Source of the DNA: Vitrella brassicaformis CCMP3155
Lineage: Eukaryota; Protista; Chromerida
Assembly: GCA_001179505.1 (NCBI GenBank)
Contig: CDMY01000255.1
Span: 248,001 to 312,000, forward strand
DNA: 64,000 nt
Reading direction: 5' to 3'
Each line of letters begins with the position of its first letter. The first letter of the stretch is position 1. The notes beneath the pieces are model-generated. The model was not told the origin of the DNA. It worked only from the letters and a program-made list of their open reading frames with translations, and made no database searches. The position numbers and the translations under genes were made by a program. Shown here piece by piece: positions 37,064-50,556 of this stretch.

Positions 37064-39162
37064 ATGAAATCATCCATCGATTGGTGGAAGCTCCCGGCCC
37101 ATGAGGTCGTGACAGCACTGCAGAAGAAGCAGGTGACGCCTGCCGCCCTCGTCAATGAGTGCCGCAAGCGGTGGGAGCTGACCGACGGGCTCATCAATGC
37201 CACGCCTCTTCCGTGCTTTGATCGGGCCATGGAGCGAGCAGCCGTGGGTGTGGATTCGGCCGAGGACGTCTTGAGTGGGCTGCCCGTCATGATCAAGGAC
37301 CTTGGTGAGGCGGTGGAGGGACTCCGATGGGTTGAGGGATCTCTGATTTACGAGAAGCGTACTGCTGACCGCACTACGGCGACGGTGGCACACATCGAAA
37401 GGCGCGGGTAGGTAGAGAGGTGGCGCATCCATCGTCAGTGGCTGGCAGCAATCCATACATCCACTTGTTGATGTCTGTCTAGAGGTATTGTGGTCGGCAA
37501 GACCAACATTCCTGAGTTCGGAGCGGAATGTCAGACCTTCAACGCCGTCTTCGTAAGGAGAAGAAACCACACAAGTGGCCAAAGGAGTGTGTATCAGCAT
37601 GCTATTGTTTTTGTGTGTTCATGCTAATCAGGGTGTCACCTGCAATCCGTTTGACACACGGCTCACTGCATCGGGTTCGAGTGGCGGGTCGGCAGCGGCA
37701 CTTGCTGTCGGGCAGGTGTGGCTCGCACACGGCAACGATCTCGGCGGCTCTCTACGGTACGATCGACCAACAAGTCTGGCACGATGCGCCGACGAGCACT
37801 TTGTGTCTGTGTTTTTGTTGCACAGCTCGCCAGCTGCGTATAACAACGTCATAGGGCTGCGTCCATCGCCCGGCCTCGTTGCCACACCGGGGGCGCTCCC
37901 CCACCCGCCATGGCACGACAGCACCGCCCCTCCCCCTCCGCCCCCAGCCCATCAGCGGCTTCACAGTGGGGGCCATTGGTGGGTCTGCAAAGACGAAGAC
38001 GGCCAGGAGGGATGGTTCAAACTTGGGCTCTATGCGCAGGTGAGGCGCGGCGACAGCAGGGATGGATGACATTCCTGCACGTTATGTGCTGTATGCTGGT
38101 TTTTGGTTTCCAGAACGGACCGATGGCTCGGTGCGCTAAGGACGTTGCGCTATTCCTCGACGGCATGAGAGGCACGGAAGGGTGGCGCGAGCTCGGCTTT
38201 CATCATCCCGGCGCAGCTGCAGGCGGGTTCCTGCGTTACCTCACTGACGGGCCCAAGCAGCTGCCGCGGAAAGTCTTGTGGATGGGATCCCTCGGCGATC
38301 TGATGGAGGTGGACTCGGAGGTTATGCGTGTCTGTTGGGAGGCGATCGATTGGGTGAAGGGGCAGGGCGTCGAGGTGCGAGAGGGTCAGCTGGCGGGCAT
38401 CGGTGAGATGCCGCAGGTCTTCCGGACACTGAGGAGCGAGATCTTCGAGGAGAAGGCGCAGGGGGAGACGCCCATTGTGCTGCGAGACGAATACAGAGGT
38501 CAGCCAGGCAGACAGACCCATGAACACGCAGCTCAGACGAATCCTCGGAATGTGTTGGTATTGTCATTGCAGATCTGGTGAAGCCAGAGGTGTTGTGGAA
38601 CACTCGAGACGGCCTCGAGACGTCCCCGGAGGACAGAAGATGGGCGAGAGATCAGCACCGCCATTTTGTCAGCCAACTGGACCAGCTGTTCTTCCGTGAC
38701 GGTGTGGACTTCATCCTGCTGCCCTGCGCTCCCATACCGCCCTTCGACCACCGGATTCGGTACCCAAGTCGCATCGGCAGCATGACCTTCCCCTTCTATA
38801 CCGAATGGTTCCGTCTGACGTCCATCATGAGCCTGTCGTGCTGTCCCACCCTCTCGCTGCCCGTCGGCTTCACTTCCACCTCCCCCCCTCTCCCTATCGG
38901 CCTGCAAGTGGTGGCGCCACCCTTCCGCGAAAAAAGCCTGCTCCAATTTGCGTCGCTCTATGAAGAGGCCCATCCATCGATCAGCGGACGTGTGTCGCTG
39001 GAACACCCCGTGGTTTGTGACCCTGGTGATGTGATATCGACGCATGGGTCGTGTCTGGCCATTGATGGTCCGCGGACTGCGGAGGAGGCGCGTGTGCATC
39101 ATGATGAGAGCTCAAGAGTGTATGCAGACAGGAGACGGGAGCTGCATGCCTGGGTGGATTGA
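37064..39162 (+). CDS. Amidase-signature family amidase
   Basis: GLPVMIKD (catalytic Lys), [13 protein letters not shown]...[21 protein letters not shown] (nucleophile Ser), LRPSPG, NGPMAR and LPIGLQVVA; 5 introns. Confidence 0.93.
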
Positions 39163-42100
39163 CGGGTGATGCTCGTATGTGCAGACGAATGATTCAAGTG
39201 CTACGTGAACGCGAATTTGGTTCATTTAACGTTCGTCTCGAGTTGATTCGTTGGTCTCTCATCTTCGTCCATCATCACGTGTCGGCGAGTTCTTTGGCAT
39301 GGGTGAAGAGTAGCCTGCCACGTCGCAGGAGGAGATTGATGTCTCTCGATTGGACAGAGAGGCATCTGTCTGCCACCTGCCGCGTGGCATGGCACCCTCC
39401 ACACGCATCCAAAAGAACCGGGTGACTCTGTCAGTCAGTCAGTCAGTGAGTCACGTCTCACGTATCAATCATCCTTGTATCCACACCGAGCTCTTCCCCG
39501 ACTCACGTCATTCTCATGCCTGTGTGCGTATCTCATCTCGATCGCTTCCTCTGTCCTGTCTGTCGGCCCCACTGATCACGACTCACTCCTATCCGATCGG
39601 ACACCCACCGCACCGCACCGCACCGCACCGCACGCACCGCGGCAACGCAGCCGCACGAAAAGCGACATGGACACCCCGCACAAATCCGACAGACAGATAC
39701 TCCACCTCGCTCCCGTCCGTCCACTGTCTGATATTGTGTGTGAATGTGTACGTGTTCGTACTCGTACGTACGGAGAGGAATGCAGACAGACAGACAGACA
39801 GACATGAGACATGTATGTTAATTCGATGGATGGATGGATGGATGATGTCCGTCCCGCCCCCGTGGCACAGACAGAGAGCCCACCGGCACTACTGCAACCC
39901 CTTGTCTGTCTCCCGTGGTCATTCATCTCATCAACGGAGAAACTCGCCTGCCGTGTCGTCCTTCCTTGCTCCCCGCCTGCCCGTGTGCTCGTACGTCAGC
40001 CAGCCCGACCACAATTCCGACTTACACCGACCAATGTGTGGTGCCATGCCATGCCATCGAAGCCCCTCCCCGTCCAACCAACCAACCAACCAGCCAACCA
40101 ATTAGTCACTCACTCCATGGGTAGTCAACGGTAAAAGCACCAACAACACCCTCACCCCATCTCTCGTACCGTGGCCAGCGAAGCGCCCGCCCGCCTGCCT
40201 TCCTTGTCTTCTCTTCCCTTACTGCTCTCTGTGCGCGCCACATGCACCGCAGTAGCTGTCTTGCCTGTCTCCATCTGCCTGTCTGTCGTTTGGTCAATGC
40301 AGTTCTGCATGAGCGAACAAACGACACCCCTACATCCACACACACGCACAATGTACACGTAAAAACCCACCAACAAGTCAGTCACATGAGTGCCAAGTGA
40401 GGGAGGGAGGGGAAAGGGTGGGCAGGTACACAGATAGACAGATGCCCGTCTGTGGGTGATACATACGGACAGCTATGTTGTTCGTCAGTGACTTCATCAA
40501 GAGTCACCGTGTCTGCCCGGCCGGACCCCTCTCACAGCTGGCGGCAACCTACTTCGCAAACCAGCTGAGTGTCGTCAGCTGACGAAGAAGGTCGACGACA
40601 GCGAACCGAGGGGTCCCGTCCAAGCAACACGCATCGCAGGATGCGGCAAAAGAGCCGCCGTCACACAACATGGGCATTGGGCATACACACCCGTGGTATA
40701 GAGCGATGTAGTGTGATGCAGCGGGTTGGTGGATGAATGAGTCAGGTGGTGACTGAGTGGGTGGGTGGGCGGATATTAACAGACAGTACGGAAGATCGAT
40801 CGACACAGACTGATTACGACATAGGGTACGACAGACAACACACACCAACGGACGGACAGACACGCAGCCACATCACATCGTGAAGCCAGCCAGTAGGTAC
40901 ATAACACACACACACACACGTAGATCCACACATAGGTGTGACACATGGACAGCCCTCAAGTCATTAAACACACCGACCGAGATGCACACACACTGCACGG
41001 ATGAATGCACAGGGCGACACGTAGTCAGGCGATCGATCAGCTGTAGGTGGAATGGTGTTGGTTAAAGGCAAAGAGTGGACGAGGTAGTGAACATTCAATG
41101 CACGGACGAATTGTGGCAGCGACTAAAATCGGTGGGCAACAGAGAGGGAGAGGGGGGCGAGCTAAGGTGGGCCGACGACCGCACGAACAGCCACGGACAA
41201 CATCGATGTGTATAGACATGAAAAAGGACACCGACCGCTGCAGCGCAGCTGGTGGGATGGGGTGTTTGTTATTGGTCGCGCCATGCACCGGAGGGCCGCC
41301 CGGCCTGTCCCTCCCCCCACTCTCACACACGCCCCCAACCCGCCCCACACTGACTATACATCCACCCGGCCAATGGACATCCATCCGTCCATGAGAGTTG
41401 CGAGTGAAATGTGCCGGCCAACCACCAAACGGACGGAAACGTGCGTACTGGTCTACAGTGCCGCTCACTGGTGGCATCCATGTAGGCACGCGCACACCAC
41501 AACACACCACACCACACCACATCAGACGACACGAACGAGCATGACAACTACCCCGTGCGCTCTCTCACTCCCATGTCCGCTCTCGCTCTCACGTGTAGAC
41601 AGACAGACGGATAGATAGATAGATAAGTATAGGGCTATGTAGGTATGTTGCCTGGATAAAGAGGCGTAGGGAGGGACGACCACTCACTCGATCACTCGCT
41701 GCTGAGACGCCGGGACTATACATCAGTATACAGACAGAGTACTCGGAACTCGCACACTCATCGCCTGCCTGTTTGCCTGTCTGGCTGGCTCGTTCGTTGG
41801 TTCTTGTTCCTCCTACGTATACACAGCTGTACCTTGTGCAGTCACATCGGCTGATGTGTGCACACACATAGTCAGTCAGTCCATACTCACAGTCAGTTGC
41901 ATTGTGTCGCATATGTCCCTCCTCGCTGTACAGTACACGTGATGGGCTCTCTGTCCATATCGACCGCGTCTTCGTCTCCCCTCCCTAACGACAGAGTGCC
42001 CAGCAGTGGCCAGTCAGCCAATGTGTGTCAACCCCCCAACAAACAGACGGACAGTGTGCCCAAAACCGTCACCGTTCCTTCCCTTCGCTCGCTACTTTTC

Positions 42101-45100
42101 CCGACCGGCTCACAGCTGATCACGATCACCTCATCGGCCCAGCCCGACATCCCACACACAGCAACCAATCAGTCAACCAGGATGAAGCATCCGTGAGTCG
42201 GTCAGTCCGCTGTCTGTCTGCGCGGCACATCGCAGGGAGCCGCAACCGCACGCAACAACGCCGGGAGACGCGTTGCGACGCACGCTGACGATTCCCCATG
42301 ACAAACCACACAGTCTGACAACTGACGCGAGTGGGCAATGAGAAGCATCACATGCATCTTGATTGTTCTGCTCTGTTCCCGCAGCCCAGCCCCTCCCCTC
42401 GGTTGGTTGCGTGTGTCCACGCGTCCATGAATGACATGATTCCAACATCGGCAGCCAGCCACTCTACGCACCGGTCGGTCAGTCAATCAGCGCGATCCCA
42501 TCCACTCCACCCACCCATCCATCCATCAGCCATTGCTCATTCAGGATAGTCGTGTATCTGTCTGTGAGTGCGTGTGGATGTACGTTAAATCTCACCCAAG
42601 TCAGTCAGTCAGTCAGCGCATGAATGGCGGCGAGGAGGCAGTCGCCTCGCTGCCGCTAGCCAGTACTGTACGGCATACACGAAGGGGCATCGCATCAATA
42701 CCACGAGGGAGGAGGAACCATCTATAACATTACACTGAGACGCTGAGCCAACCACACACACACACACACACGCACACACATGGCGCCAAGAAGTCAAGAA
42801 GGCAAGAAGTCAAGAAGAGACAAAAGGGCCAGTCAGGATGTGAGTGATATTTGGATGTCATGGAACTCTCTCAACTCGACGCTCTCTCTCATCGCATGCA
42901 TCGTCGTAGGCATTGATTGCAGTAAGACACACACATGCCATGCAGCCATGTAGGTAGGTATGCAGTAAGCACGAGTGAGCCAAAAATGATCAGACAGTAT
43001 ACCCCGTTAACAACAAACATAAAAACAGTCACAATCGGTGTGTCTTGGTTGGTTTGGTCGGTCGGTCGACACCCCGTGTCCGCCCTGCCACCCGCCCACT
43101 GGTGCGGATGGATGGATGGATGTACCCATCGTCGTGAGACAGACACCCTGAGCGTAAAAACTCTCTGCGATAGGTACGATACGACAGGCGCGCACAGAAA
43201 ACAACTGCAATGTCGTTCGTGTCGTGCAGCCGTCCCGTCCATCGGTCCCCCCAGCCACCCAGCCATCCACCCACCCACCCAGCCCCTCGTCTGCACTAGC
43301 CACTGAGTGAATGAATTACCAGACAGATGGGACGCACGGACGGGCGGGCAGGCGGACTAGGCACACGAGGCGGTGGTGGAACGTTCCGTGTGAGAGAAAG
43401 TGTGCGAAAAGGGCACCACAGTGAGTGAGTGATTCACATCATAGTGCGCGGGCATGCACCATGCAATAGAGGATCCAAGGCAGAGGGGGAGAGCCAGGCA
43501 AACACGCAAACAGGCAGGCATGCAGGCAGACAGGCGTGAATTGGCCATCCACAGCAAAGCAAACGAAAGGACACGAGACGAGCACGCGACGAGTGCGTTG
43601 GTCAGCAAGGAATGCAATCGAGACGGAAAAAGCCGGCCGCATGGCATGCACTCGATCATCCAATCCATTCATTAGCTACCATGTCTCTCCGTACACAATG
43701 GTCGCGCCACAGGGAGCGTGATGTGATGACACACACCACGCACAGACAGACAGACGTGTGCGTGTGTGAGCAACACCCTCCCCGCGCGGCAACCGTACCG
43801 AGACACACCGTAGACAGACACACCGTAGACAGACAGACAGGCACAGAGAGAGAGAATGAGTCGAACTGAATAAGCCAACCATTCACACGCACATCGTGGA
43901 TGGACATACACACCAATCGATCGGCCCTCCCTCCCTCTGTCTCTCATCAACCATTCATTCAGTCAGGCAGAGGACGTCAGCCATTTGGGGGAAGGCGCCC
44001 AGTTTTAGCTCCTCCCCCCGCCCATACGGTGTCGCTTCTCTCGAGGCATCATTCTACGCGAACAGGCAGGCAGGCAGGCAGGCAGAAAAGGCGAGCCGCT
44101 CATCTTATGATCGGATCATGCATAAGGTCAGTACACGTGCACGGGAAAGAGTGAGTGGCGGCGCAAGGCAACCCAGAGATGACATGACTGACGCAGAGAG
44201 AGCGAGAGAGATGCATGGGACAACTTCCAGGCAGGTAGGCAGAGAAGACCATCACAGCAGTGGAGTGTGCACAAAAGCAAATCAGCCAGCCAGCCATCCA
44301 GCCAGCCCCGGTCGGTATGTGAGTAGGTACGGATGCGTCCCTCCCTCCCTGTAAGTGAACGGCAGATCGGTGGATCAATTGAGTCACCTGCTGAGCGAGT
44401 GAGAAACAGCCCACCCATCTCACTGCTCCCACTCACCATAGGGAAACCACACACAGAGGACGTCAGGCGAGCCAGAATCACTGCTGCAGCAACCAGAGCG
44501 GACGGACAGACAGGCGGTGGTTCACAGAGAGACGACAAGACACAGGGCACCAGTAGGGAAGGGGATGGCAGAGAGACACATCTCCGGCCATCCCATGACT
44601 GCAAAAACTTGCATATGGTTTGTGCGTGTGTGTGTATGAGCAGACGGTGTGCTTGTGTGGCGCTGGTGGGGGGTGGTGGTGGACGAACGGCTCGACGACG
44701 ATTCAACAAATGACACACACAAGACACACCGGCACTCACACACACAATCCAGGCGCACCACAGGTGAGACCACCACGCATGGCAAGCCGGCATGTGCAAC
44801 TAACGACCCTCGCTCACTCAGACCGCCTCCTCTCCCTCTCCCTTTCTCCCTCTCCCCCTCCCGATGGATGGATTGTATCATTGCGGCGCATGAGGCAAAA
44901 ATAGGACGCAAGCCGTGCAGGAGAGAGACAAATACGCCCTCATGCACTCATGCACCCAGCAGGCAGGCAGGCAGGCAGCGACGAGGAGGTTTGCACCTAG
45001 TGAACAAGTAGGGTACGAAGGAGAGGAGGGTCGCTGGTTCATCCATCGTCACACCCGCACGCACAGCAACAATGCAGCAAAGCATGATGCAAAAATGCGT

Positions 45101-46351
45101 CACGTATTCGCTAAGTTGCTCGCTGACTTGTTCAGCTACCCTCCATCCATCCATCCGTCACCAAGCTCATAAACCTGCCGTCATTCCGTCCGTCCGTCCG
45201 TGGGTCCGTGTGCCCACTCCCGTGGGCTATTGACAGGTATGCACGCACAACAGGCACCGAAGAGGAGCGGAAGGGACTGGAGAGAGAGGTTAGCGATAGA
45301 TCCATCCAGACGGATCGATTCATTCAACACACATACAGAGAGAGTGCGATCAGACAGATTGAATGAGAGAGAGAGCGACAAAGAGAAGAGAGGGGAGAGA
45401 AGAGTAGACGACACGAAGCAAGCACACAGACGGCTATGCATGTCATTAAGCACCAGCAGCAAGCCCCCGCCCACAAGCAGAGAGACACGATACAGGTCGG
45501 TTTGCCGGTCAGCCAGTCAGCCACGGACGGATACGAAAATAAAAAAATGCAGCCACACTCTCACTCACCCACCGTGCAATGCGATCGATCGACATGGACC
45601 CACCCACCCACACGGCAGCCACACGTGCAGCAGCATCACCCGTGCACATGATGTCCCTCCCACCCAGCAAGCCAGCCAGCATCGGAGAAGTGAGTCCAGT
45701 ACACACCACACAGCGAACGTACGTATGCATTCCACTGGGGTAGGTATCGATGTATGGATGTATGTGTGTGTGTGTGGGTCCATGACATGATGGTATGTGT
45801 GTTTGTGCGTGTGCATGGGTGCAGTGCAATCCATCAAAACTGCGCCCCACACACCCAACCACAGCCACAGCCACACATCGGGTCGGGCCCATCCAGGTAG
45901 GTTTGAGCAGTGCGATGTGTGCGTTGCCCTCCAGCAAGGCACAACACATAAGCGAGAGAGAAGAGGTGCGGGCGCTGTCAGTCAGTGGTGTGCGGCCGTG
46001 TTGCGTCGGTCCGTCGGCCTGTCTGTCCTTGTGTCTCCTCCAGTGCTTCGAGGAGGACTAAATTACGCTCGCACCGCTCACAACCACTCTGGCCAGCCAC
46101 ACACAGCCCCCATAGGCAGCTAGTCGATACACAAAACCCCCACCATGGCATGGCCTCTGTCAATTGGTGGGGGGGCGACACCACACACGCATGGAAAGAC
46201 ACACACACACTCGCACATCCCACCCTAAACATCCCTCCCATTTCACACCATCGTCATTAACTCCCACACGCAAAACCACCCACCCATCCACCCACCCATG
46301 CACCTCCCTCCCTCCCTCCCTCCCCCTCTCGGCTCGTCGATTGTTGTGCGA

Positions 46352-48700
46352 TCACCAGACAGCAGCCCGGTATAGGCCCCCGCCAGCCCCCTTCTTGTAG
46401 GGCAGAAATGGCGACCCGAGTCCGTCCCAGCTGCCCACCCCAGCCCCCTCATCGCCCGACGACGTGGCTGTGGAGGGCGTCTTGGGGGATCCCCCGCCCT
46501 CCCTCACAGGCACTCCATGCCACACCTGGCCGCGCGAGGGCGTGGGCAGCAGCGGGCCGTCGTCCACATCCCACGACGCCACACGGTCACCGTACTGCAC
46601 GAACGGGTGAGGCGTGCCCGTGTGTGGGTGTGTGTGAGGGGTGGGGGTGGTCTGGCCGGGGATGATGATGGTGAGGTTGCGGCAGGGGGCCGCGGCGGCC
46701 GACGACGACCTGGGAAGCTCGAGTGTGAGTGGCGCTGGGTGTGTGGTGGGGTGGCTGGCCGGCGGGGGAGCGTTTCGTGCCGTCCAGTGGTTGTAGGTGA
46801 TGTTGCGGATGTCCTGTGGAACATCCGGAGGGAAGAACGCGTCGTCAGGCACATCCACCGTCACCGCATTGGCCTGACGAACGCATTCATGGATGGATGG
46901 ATGGATGGACGGAAGGATGACACACATTGATACAGGTGCAGGTCGTGTCATTGATTGATGTGACGTACCCGTGCTGTGAGTGGTGTGAGTGGTTCCATTC
47001 CCGGTAGGGGAACGTAGTTGGTGGGGTGGATGGTGACCTTGTTGTCCCTGCTCTTGTACACGCGACACACCTCGTCCATCGGAGGGTGGGTCAGGAACGA
47101 ACTCAACTTGATGTGGCCAAACGCTGTCGGAACTATCGTACGCCGGAACCTAACAAAGCCCATACACACACAACACGACGACATACATAGATACATGTTC
47201 CAGACAGACCTCCTTGCCCGTGCCCTGTCTGTGTCTTGACTGACTGACTGACTGACTTGGCAGAGAATCGTCGTTTGAATTGCGAGAGTAGTATGCCCTG
47301 CGGGAAGTCCTTAAGCAGGCTGCTGATGCACTCCTTGACCAACTCGACATCCTTCAGGCACGCCGCCCCGCCGCCCTTGCCACCGCGGCCATCGCACTCG
47401 TCCGCCAGGCCATCGCTGGTGGCGGTGGTGGTGGTCGTCGTGGTTGTGGTGTTGGGTGGGAACCCTGGCGAGGTGGGTGTGGTGGGGGAGGGGGGCTGGG
47501 CCTGTGTGCGTGGGGTGACCTCGAGGACGGCGGACGCAATGCCCTTGCAGGCGGCGACCGGCTGGAGGATGTTGTTCTCGTAGGCCAGGAGGCCCTTGGT
47601 GATGGCCAGCTGCACTATGTGGCACATCTCACCCAACGTCCACTCACTGAACGGCCCAACCGACACACACGCACACACACATACCAGAACAGACACAGGT
47701 GTGTTGCTGGGCCCATGTGTTTCCCCCTGCCTTTGTTGGCTGCTTACTTGGTCCAGTGGAGTGACCTCTTCTTGAGTTCCATGGCCATTCCGTATCTGCC
47801 GCCTTTGAACTGGTAGGCGAACTCACCCGTGGCCTCGCCACCCCTGCCGCAGCCGCCCTCCCGCATGAGCACACAGAGGTAGTCGGACAGCTGCCGCCAC
47901 ACCCGCTCGGGGTAGGGGTTGACACTCGATTTCGGGTCCACCCAGCCCCTGAAGCCACAGGGGATGTGCTGGCTCCGCAAATACACACGCGTGGACGGCG
48001 ACGGGGAGGGAAAGGGCCGCACGCCAGACGATGGGCTGTCGCGTGTGGCGGCGGTGTTGTCGTGTGGTGCGGGGGTGACTTCGTAGACGGCAGGCATGAG
48101 GGAGTAGAGGGCGACGAAGTGCTTCTCCACCACTGGCGGCGCCTGCAGCTCCTGAAGACGCCGCTCGATGTCACAGAAGAACGGATGGATCTGATCGATG
48201 GGCGGGTGGGGTGGGCAAGCACGTCACACACAGAGAGAGACAGAGACAGCGCCAAACATGAGACTCCAATCCGAAAGCTTCATCGTTGGTCGATCTGTCT
48301 TTCCGCCTGCTTGCCGTCCTGCCTGCCTGCCTGTCCCTCCCTCCCTCCCTCCCTCCCTCCATCTGTCTCCCCGTCTGCCTGTCTGTGTGATCACTGCCTG
48401 ATCTGACCAGGTGCCTTCTCCCTCCCTGTTTGTCTGCCTGAGTGTCTGTCTCACCTGGTCTTCGTATAGCGATGTCAGTGCATAGAGGAGCAGGGCCTGG
48501 TGCGTCACGGCCGTCTCGTGTGTCACGGGCTCACTCGATGATGCGGCCGACACGGGCGACGTCCCGGCTGACGACGGAGGGCAGGCAGTCGACACCGAGG
48601 AAGATGCCAACATGTCGCCATTCTGGTTGGCGGCGAGGGGCAGAGTGGCGTCGAGGGCGCAGCAGGGCGACATCGAGGGTGCCTCAGGGTGGTCCAGCAT
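46352..48700 (-). CDS. OST-HTH/LOTUS-domain RNA-binding protein with OHA-like associated domain
   Basis: FKGGRYGMAMELKKR...LGEMCHIVQLAITKGLLAY (OHA-like), then LLKDFPQGILLSQFKRRFSAKFRRTIVPTAFGHIKLSSFL (LOTUS-like); several introns. Confidence 0.7.
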
Positions 48701-48964
48701 GTGCTGTGCTTGGAGGAAGGATTAACACACCGCCTGCCTGCCTGCTGGGCCGCGGAGAGAGGAGATCCGCCACCTCTCCTCTACAGAAAACCGCCTGGAA
48801 GACGTCGCAGAGGACACGCACGTCGAAAACAAGGGTGAAAGACTGACCGCCCTCGCCACAGAGATCTCCCAGCTCGCAAGCCTGGCGCTCTGCAGAAAAG
48901 GAGAGATCTCTCTGCTGCAACAGGTCTATTCCATTGCGTCAGCCGTGTTGGCAATCGTATCGGT

Positions 48965-50556
48965 ATGAAGGAAGGAAAGACAGCAAAGGACGAAGAGGCG
49001 CGTCCTGTGCCGCGTGAGATCCTGTGGGTCTATCTGGCGCTGTTTCTGGAGCTGGTGGGTGCCGGTGCGTCGCTGCCCATTCTGCCGTTCTTTGCGCTCG
49101 AGGACCTGAATGCATCGCCCTTCCAGCTGGGAGTCATGTACAGCCTCTACTCTCTGGCACAAATGGTCGGCTCTTTCGTCTTCGGCCGCCTCTCAGACTC
49201 ACTCGGCAGGCGGCCCATCGTCCTCACCGCATACCTCTGGAGCGCCATCGGCTTCTTCCTCACCGGATGCTCTTCCTCCGTCTGGCAACTCACCCTCAGC
49301 AGGGCGTTCGCTGGTTTGTCTGGCGGCAGCATATCGATGACATCGGCCATCATAGCTGACTTCACCGACACCACCACACGGCCAAAGTACATGGGCATCT
49401 TCGGCGCCACCATCGGCCTGGCCTTCGCCATCGGCCCCGGCGTGGGCGGGGCCGCCAAGACGGCACTCGAATCCCGCCCTCTGCTCTTCTTCTTGTGCTC
49501 GATCATGTGCTTCGGTGCGTTTGTGCTGTCGGTGGTGCTGATCCCTGAGTCGCTGCCCAAGGCCCAGAGGAGGCCCCTGCGGCTGTTGGACCGTGTGGGC
49601 GAGGCCGCTCCGCTGCTGAGTGCGGAGGGAGATATGGAGGTGGGCGACAGGGGCGCCGCAGGGGAGGAGGGGGGTGTCAACTACGTGGGCCTGCTCATGG
49701 TCTTCGGGGCCCGGTTCCTCACGAGCTTCACGACATCCCTCATGACGACCTGCTATTCCATCCTCTTCAGAGAGACCTACAAGGAACAATTCGGTCAGGG
49801 AGGGAGGGCACAGCACAGGACAGCACACCGCCTCTGTTGTGTGTTGTGCTGTGCGCGTGTGTACACTGCCTGTCTCGTGTCTGTCTGTCTGCCCGTCCCG
49901 TGTGTGTGTGTTGCAGGCCAGCTTGATCGTGCGTTGGGCATGTTCCTGACGGTGTTGGCCCTCGTCATGTGTGTGTACCAAGGATCCATGTACCCCAAAC
50001 TCGTCAAGAAATTCGGCAAACACCGTAAGTCTGCCAACCCAACTCACTCAGCTCACATGCAAAGGCAACTGCACTCATTCATTCTACGTGGCCCTGTGAC
50101 TGTGTGTGCAGGGATCATTCACTTGGGGTGCTTCAGCTTGGGTGTGGGTGTGCTGCTGATATTCTTTTCGACCCGGCTGCCGACCTACCTGCACCTGCTG
50201 GCCATCTGCACCTTGTACGCCTGGGGGTCATCAATGGTGGAGCCCGGCCTCCCCACTCTCGCAGCGTCATACGCCGATGCAAAGCATCAGGGATTCGCAC
50301 AGGTAAGGAGCTGGGCGCCCTAACACACACCATCATGCTTCTCATGCTTCCACCCTACAGCCATCCATCGATCACCTTTCTGCGTGTGTATGCGATGTGT
50401 GTGAAGGGTTCTCTGAGTTCGTTTCGGTTTTTGGCCTTCATATGTGGTCCGTCGCTGTTCGGTTACTTGTACAAAGAAGTGAGCCCCGCGGCGCCCTTCT
50501 GGGTGGCTGGCGTGGCCGGCATGCTCGCCGCCACACTCACCACCGCTGCTGAGTAA
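48965..50556 (+). CDS. MFS transporter, TetA/DHA1-like
   Basis: Motif A GRLSDSLGRRP, SRAFAGLSGG, AIIAD and motif C GATIGLAFAIGPGVGG; about 12 hydrophobic segments; 3 introns; stop at 50556. Confidence 0.92.

Noticed and set aside
36919-37104. Upstream ORF overlapping the amidase start
   Set aside because: Short, with no independent support; could be chance in GC-rich DNA.
39200-46350. Numerous 60-220 aa six-frame ORFs
   Set aside because: They translate microsatellites (CV, THT, HPSI, DRQT repeats) and show no domain or consistent exon structure.
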